This document shows positions 17,795 through 22,100 of a DNA stretch of 22,100 bases, piece by piece; within the stretch, counting starts at the first letter, position 1; the number at the start of each line of letters is the position of its first letter. The DNA comes from Candidatus Hydrothermarchaeales archaeon (lineage in GTDB: Archaea; Hydrothermarchaeota; Hydrothermarchaeia; Hydrothermarchaeales; JAZGAD01). A program made the position numbers and the translations under genes. Location: the NCBI GenBank assembly GCA_036444275.1, contig JAZGAD010000009.1, positions 1 to 22,100 on the forward strand. Direction: 5' to 3'. Below the pieces are notes generated by a model. That model saw only the letters and a list, made by a program, of their open reading frames with translations. It made no database searches and was not told where the DNA came from.

Positions 17795-18787
17795 CTACCT
17801 GGGCAGGCTAGTCAGCACTCGGGGCTGTTTCCCGACTAATACTACGTCCTCTATCCGGACTCCGAATTCCTTGTAGACTCCGGGCTCTATAGTTACCACC
17901 ATGCCTTCTCTGAATTTCTCCTTCGAGTCTTTACTTATCCTGGGCTCTTCATGGACCTCTAGACCCATACCATGCCCACTGGAGTGCAGAAAATATTCCT
18001 CAAGATTGTATTCATCTAGCACGCCTCGAACAGCTAGGTCTGCTGCCTTTACATCGTTTCCATCGTAGCACTCCTTTATCCCGGCCTTCTGGGCTTCGCT
18101 CACGGCCTCGTATACTTCTAACACATTTGAAGGCGAACCCATTGTGAAAGTCCTACTCAAATCAGAGTTATAATAATCCACTTTTGCACCTACATCAATA
18201 ATTACAGGTGCGCTTATCGCTGCTTCTGTTGGCGAGTGATGCGGCACCGAGGAATTCCTGCCACTTGCAACTATAGCTTCAAAGGCGACTTGGGCGTGCT
18301 TCCTGATAGAGTATTCCAGGGAAGCTGCAACCTCCCGCTCAGTCTTCCCTTCCATCTCTGACTCAACACCCCTAGCTGCGTCCTCTGCAATTTTTATAGC
18401 TTTTTTCGTAGTGTCTACCTCTTTTTTCCCCTTTATCTTCCGCATATCCTCTATAAAGTCCAAATTGTGTATTTTTTTTCCCTTAAGATTTTTTTCGATG
18501 AAGCCAAATGAAGTGAAATTCTTTTCTACCCCCATCCCCTTGTATCGTAGTCTTTTAATCTCGCTCCCCACTTTTTCTACTACCTTAAACTTGACCAGCG
18601 AAGCCTCAGCTGGCGCAGCATCCATTCTTGAGACCAATAAAGTAGGCTCATCTTTAAGTAGGAGAGCAGAGGTCGCCGAAGGGAAAAAGCCGGTAAGGTA
18701 GAATATGTTTTCCGGCTTCAGGACTATCCCGCATTTCAAGTCTTTCTCCGAGAGGCGATGTAGAGCATCGTCCAGCCTAGATGCCAT
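17795..18787 (-). CDS. Xaa-Pro aminopeptidase/dipeptidase (M24B)
   Basis: 'ENIFYLTGF', 'IVASG.NSS.PHH', D.GA...Y.SD.SRT, HSSGHGMGLEVHE.P, TIEPGVY, GVRIED. Start is 18787 or 18793. Confidence 0.92.
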   Translation of the reverse strand: MASRLDDALHRLSEKDLKCGIVLKPENIFYLTGFFPSATSALLLKDEPTLLVSRMDAAPAEASLVKFKVVEKVGSEIKRLRYKGMGVEKNFTSFGFIEKNLKGKKIHNLDFIEDMRKIKGKKEVDTTKKAIKIAEDAARGVESEMEGKTEREVAASLEYSIRKHAQVAFEAIVASGRNSSVPHHSPTEAAISAPVIIDVGAKVDYYNSDLSRTFTMGSPSNVLEVYEAVSEAQKAGIKECYDGNDVKAADLAVRGVLDEYNLEEYFLHSSGHGMGLEVHEEPRISKDSKEKFREGMVVTIEPGVYKEFGVRIEDVVLVGKQPRVLTSLPR

Positions 18788-18822
18788 AAACATAAATCTA
18801 TCTATATGTGATATATTTTTCC

Positions 18823-19272
18823 ATGTTCAATCGCGTAGCCGTAGGAGGTACCTTCGATCACTTGCACACGGGGCACAAGACATTAATAGAGAAGGCCTTC
18901 GAGGTGGGCAAGCAAGTGGTGATCGGCATAACCTTGGATGAGATGCTGAAGGAGAAGAATGCAGAGGACTTTCAGAAGAGGAAGAAAGTACTGGAGGAGT
19001 TTCTATCAAGCTTTAGCGGCTACGAGGTAGTAGCAATTGGCGATGTCTATGGTCCAGCGGTAAGCGACCCTAAAATGGATGCAATAGTGGTATCCCAAAA
19101 GACAGAGTTTAGAGCTAGGGAGCTCAATAAGATCAGGCAGACAAAGGGACTAACGACACTCAGCATCATAGTGGTACCTATAGTTCTCGCCGAGGATGGC
19201 GGGCTTATCTCATCCACTAGGATACGTATGGGAGAGATTGATGACGCGGGAAATTTGTTGACAAAAGGCTAA
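18823..19272 (+). CDS. coaD: Archaeal phosphopantetheine adenylyltransferase
   Basis: VAVGGTFDHLHTGH (HxGH), D.YGP, AIVVS..T, ISSTRIR.GEID. Start reassigned to ATG 18823. Confidence 0.9.
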   Translation: MFNRVAVGGTFDHLHTGHKTLIEKAFEVGKQVVIGITLDEMLKEKNAEDFQKRKKVLEEFLSSFSGYEVVAIGDVYGPAVSDPKMDAIVVSQKTEFRARELNKIRQTKGLTTLSIIVVPIVLAEDGGLISSTRIRMGEIDDAGNLLTKG

Positions 19273-19428
19273 TTCTTTTCATTTCACAACTGCGATTGCT
19301 CAAATGCATCGAAAAGGGCGCCAAAAGAAAAGAACATTAAAGATTGAGACCAAAAAGACACTTCTGTTAAGGAATCTATACACCACAGTAACCCCAAATT
19401 TACGTATAAGACATGAGAGATGTTGCCG

Positions 19429-19562
19429 TAGATGGGCTGGAGTGAAGCTCAAGACGCTAATACCCGGGGCCACGAAGTAGTTTCTATTTTCGCCGCCAGC
19501 GCAACACCTCCTTCCGAAGGCTGGCTATCTGCTTACCGGCCCCGGGATCCTCTCCCCATCCA
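19429..19562. ncRNA. Putative structured non-coding RNA (~130 nt), family not recognised, strand unresolved
   Basis: Nested inverted repeats GATGGG/CCCATC, CCCGGGGCC/GGCCCCGGG, AAGTAG/CTGCTT and GCCAG/CTGGC. About 59% GC (77/130 by hand count) versus ~23% in the next 60 nt. No ORF in the track covers it. Confidence 0.55.
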
Positions 19563-19617
19563 TATATCTAATAAAATTGTGAATTAGTTATGTCTCCGCT
19601 AAAAAAATTGCCTATTT

Positions 19618-19872
19618 TTATTTTCGTTTTGCTTTTACGAGAAACTTCAATGTTTTCATGCCTATTCCGAGCATACTGAGTATACCGATTGCTCCACCTA
19701 CCATCGATAAAGTAAGCCCTGCGAGGAACAAAGGGGCGCTTAGTCTTCCGAGGTCCTTAACCTTAAACAATAATATGCTTGCAATCAGTAGAATAAGCCC
19801 GGTAACCGCCATAATCGTTGCAAATGCAAATGCTTTGGTGAGTCTTAATGGCTCTTCCAGTTCTGCATTCAT
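19618..19872 (-). CDS. Small hypothetical membrane protein (2 TM helices)
   Basis: 84 aa with two long hydrophobic stretches and a basic C-terminus; a T7 tract on the - strand (19601-19607) follows it. Confidence 0.6.
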   Translation of the reverse strand: MNAELEEPLRLTKAFAFATIMAVTGLILLIASILLFKVKDLGRLSAPLFLAGLTLSMVGGAIGILSMLGIGMKTLKFLVKAKRK

Positions 19873-19908
19873 ATAAGCCCGTTATGTGCTTTGGAAATAA
19901 AAATGAAA

Positions 19909-19983
19909 CGCGCCCGGGGGGATTTGAACCCCCGATCTACAGCTTAGGAGGCTGTCGCCATATCCAGGCTTGGCTACGAGCGC
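19909..19983 (-). tRNA. tRNA-Arg (anticodon CCU), intronless, CCA not encoded
   Basis: GCGCUCG/CGGGCGC acceptor stem, D-arm with GGAUA, anticodon arm ACAGC-CUCCUAA-GCUGU, T-arm GGGGG-UUCAAAU-CCCCC, discriminator G. Confidence 0.97.
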
Positions 19984-20100
19984 ATACTCGTTTTATCGTT
20001 TTCGGAAATCCTCAACATATGTATAAGGGACCGTGGCCCCATATACCTACCCATCCATACTGCCCTATATCCTTATTATTCTATTAGCTTTTTGATACTT

Positions 20101-20121
20101 TCCTAGCTTGGCTACGAGCCC
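20101..20121 (-). repeat. Orphan tRNA 5'-end fragment (imperfect direct repeat of tRNA-Arg positions 1-21)
   Basis: GGGCUCGUAGCCAAGCUAGGA vs tRNA GCGCUCGUAGCCAAGCCUGGA: 18/21 identical, with a 14-nt exact core. Confidence 0.7.
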
Positions 20122-20171
20122 TAGCCTACTAAAAGAAGGCATTCTTAAATTTATTACCGTTACCTTTACCT

Positions 20172-20816
20172 TTACTTTTCTTCTCTGCACTCTGGAAGCT
20201 TCTCTATATCTTTCACTACGCATCGAGTAAGATCCACAACCTTCTGCACCTTCTTGATTATGGCCCTGTCGCTGGAACAGACTAGCTGATATTTAGATAA
20301 CTCATAATCGGCGTTGGGGACAGCAATGGCATCCCCTATGAGCTTGAATTCCTGGAGTTTCCCCCTCACCAAAGCAGCTAACTCTCCGCTGCGACTTATC
20401 TGTGCATCAAAGATGAAGATGGCCTCCTTCGGCGAATGCACCTTCAAAACCTCTAGAATTTGTTCTACAGCAGGTAATGTGTACTTCGAGACCCGGTACT
20501 TCCCGAAGATGGCCGAAGCGTCCCTCACGAATCCATCGTCACACAAGAAGACACTCTCGCCCTTAAGTGCCGCTTCAACGCCTATTAGGATGTTGTAGCC
20601 GTCGATGGCAACGAGCTTCCCGTCCACGTCTTCTATACATGCGAGTTTAATTTTATGCTCCCTAGCCTCTTCCTCTGAAAAGACGGCGCGCACCAAGAAA
20701 TTCCTCTTACCAGAACTCAACTGGTACCTATCCTCCACCATTCTAAGTGCTGTCTTCCTCTTGTAACCCCTATTCAAGAGGTAGCGCAGATCACATATGG
20801 CGTCTTTCAACTCCAT
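20172..20816 (-). CDS. DUF434 domain protein (PIN/NYN-like acidic motifs)
   Basis: 'A..DLRYLLNRGY....AL..V..RYQL....R..L.R', IDGYN.LI..E, DGFVRD, FD...SRSGEL, SSD..I. Confidence 0.85.
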   Translation of the reverse strand: MELKDAICDLRYLLNRGYKRKTALRMVEDRYQLSSGKRNFLVRAVFSEEEAREHKIKLACIEDVDGKLVAIDGYNILIGVEAALKGESVFLCDDGFVRDASAIFGKYRVSKYTLPAVEQILEVLKVHSPKEAIFIFDAQISRSGELAALVRGKLQEFKLIGDAIAVPNADYELSKYQLVCSSDRAIIKKVQKVVDLTRCVVKDIEKLPECREEK

Positions 20817-20907
20817 AGGAGATACTCACATGCAACCTATTTATTTTTGGCTTTCTTTCTTCTACTCTACTACAATACTTATTTACTCGGCGAACATAGT
20901 CTCTGCC

Positions 20908-21783
20908 ATGAAAATCGGGGCAGAATGTATACCTTGTCTGTTCGAAAGGGCGAAGTTCGAGTGCGACTTGGTCTTCGATGAAAATGAAAGAGATGAGAAG
21001 GTAGAGACGCTAGCAGAGATAATGCGCTCTATAAGCAGAAAACTTGAACTAAGTATCGTGCCTGCTACCATTGGAACCATTAGGGCGAGGATTATCAGTA
21101 AGAAGAGCGGCACCAATGACCCCTATCTAAAGCTAAAAATAGGCAGCGATAAGGTTGCCCGCGAGCTCCTGCCTATCGCTATAGAATTCTATGAGGAAAG
21201 TAAGGACAAGGTAAAGGCCCTAATGAAGATCGCTGCCTCGGCGAACTCCATGGAGTACGGTGTTAAGGGCTATGAATATGATAATGAATCCTTCAAGGGG
21301 GTCTTCCTGGAGATCCTAAAAGAGAAGCTACACTACGATGAAAGGATAGAGACCGCTCTAGAGAGGTTCGACAGAATACTATATCTGACAGATAATGCAG
21401 GCGAAGTAGTATTCGATGAATTCGTGGCAAGAAAGATGGTTGAGGCCGGGAAAGAAGTTGTGATATCCCCTAAGAGTTCGCCTGTTATAAACGATGCAAC
21501 CATAGAGGACATATCTCGCTCAGGTTTGTTCACTGGCTTCAGGATCGTTCCCTCTGGCTCCTACGTGGGCATATCACTAGAAGAAGCACCTAAAGAATTC
21601 CTGGAGTTATTGTGGGATGACAGCTACCTTGTGTTTGCCAAGGGAATGGGGTACTATGAAACCCTATCGGAATTTGAAGGAAAGCTAAAGGGAAGGCTGA
21701 TCTATGTCTTACGTGCAAAATGCGAGCCTGTCGCCAGAGGGATGAAGGTAAAGAGAGGGGAACTAGTAGCCAAAATGATTTAA
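20908..21783 (+). CDS. DUF89/ARMT1-like damage-control phosphatase
   Basis: MK...EC.PC, DPY...K, DNAGE..FD, P.INDAT, KGMG.YE.LSE, AKC.PVA. Start reassigned to ATG 20908. Confidence 0.88.
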   Translation: MKIGAECIPCLFERAKFECDLVFDENERDEKVETLAEIMRSISRKLELSIVPATIGTIRARIISKKSGTNDPYLKLKIGSDKVARELLPIAIEFYEESKDKVKALMKIAASANSMEYGVKGYEYDNESFKGVFLEILKEKLHYDERIETALERFDRILYLTDNAGEVVFDEFVARKMVEAGKEVVISPKSSPVINDATIEDISRSGLFTGFRIVPSGSYVGISLEEAPKEFLELLWDDSYLVFAKGMGYYETLSEFEGKLKGRLIYVLRAKCEPVARGMKVKRGELVAKMI

Positions 21784-21860
21784 TTTTTGAGCACTAGATA
21801 TGCCTTTCACGTCTATGTATCCAGCAAGAATCTCTAAGCACTATATTTTAATTTATTTTT

Positions 21861-21879
21861 TATAGTTAATTTTACTATA
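21861..21879. promoter_or_regulatory. Palindromic candidate operator upstream of the AbrB-type gene
   Basis: TATAGT-TAATTTT-ACTATA in an AT-rich promoter region; RBS AAGGAGG at 21886-21892. Confidence 0.45.
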
Positions 21880-21900
21880 CTTTCTAAGGAGGAATTAGGT

Positions 21901-22100
21901 ATGGGAACAAGTATAGTCACGAGAAACTATCAAATTACTCTGCCAAAAGACGTTAGACTGCTCTCCAAGGTAAAGGAGGGTGATCAAGTTCTAGTAGGTG
22001 TGGATGAGAAGGGTAAGATAATCTTAGATGTACTCAAAGAGAGTCCGGTCGATGAAACTTTTGGGATATGGAAAGACGAAAGAGAAGGCGCTGCGTATGT
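21901..22100 (+). CDS. AbrB/MazE/SpoVT-family DNA-binding protein (probable antitoxin); truncated by the window edge, absent from the ORF track
   Basis: MGTSIVTRNYQITLPKDVRLLSKVKEGDQVLVGVDEKGKIILDVLKESPVDETFGIWKD...; the swapped-hairpin motif 'QITLPK.VR.....EGD'. Confidence 0.85.
   Translation, partial: MGTSIVTRNYQITLPKDVRLLSKVKEGDQVLVGVDEKGKIILDVLKESPVDETFGIWKDEREGAAY

Noticed and set aside
19495-19525. SRP helix-8 or HDV-like ribozyme resemblance in the second RNA candidate
   Set aside because: The GGAA tetraloop lacks the CAGG/AGCA symmetric loop, and the helices are nested rather than double-pseudoknotted.
19848-20087. 79-aa plus-strand ORF
   Set aside because: It is the antisense reading of tRNA-Arg.
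2139-21533. Numerous 60-170 aa antisense or alternate-frame ORFs inside the called genes
   Set aside because: Shadow ORFs of well-supported genes with no independent motifs.
1-22100. CRISPR array, transposase, integrase, intein, or selenocysteine/pyrrolysine read-through
   Set aside because: No periodic repeats or recombinase motifs; RadA and RFC are uninterrupted; the only in-frame stop found (in mptA) is TAA and comes with frameshifts.

Overview
Archaeal (euryarchaeal-type) chromosomal window, densely packed with housekeeping and energy-metabolism genes. In order: the 3' end of ccmF, cooC, rpa-radA, a HAD phosphatase, minD, rfcS, cutA, a site-2 protease, a dolichol/phytol-kinase-like protein, the porCDAB 2-oxoacid:ferredoxin oxidoreductase operon, ftr, a nitrilase-family hydrolase, a membrane-anchored wHTH protein, convergent larB/larC, an Xaa-Pro peptidase, coaD, tRNA-Arg(CCU), DUF434, DUF89/ARMT1 and the start of an AbrB/MazE-type gene. 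The ftr + cooC + ccmF + por combination suggests an anaerobic archaeon with H4MPT-dependent C1 metabolism and c-type cytochromes (e.g. Hydrothermarchaeota-like; this is inference only). No CRISPR array, transposase or integrase is visible. The features the ORF track does not explain are the most interesting. (1) A ~156-nt, extensively base-paired RNA candidate with its own TATA box and U-tract terminator lies between cooC and rpa. (2) A second ~130-nt GC-rich structured RNA candidate lies between coaD and the tRNA region. (3) A decayed mptA (GTP cyclohydrolase IV) remnant with two frameshifts and a stop is joined to the end of rfcS. (4) An orphan tRNA 5'-end fragment with its own promoter sits upstream of tRNA-Arg. 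(5) A 50-aa acidic ORF was missed by the track. All calls were made by eye from motifs; no searches were run.
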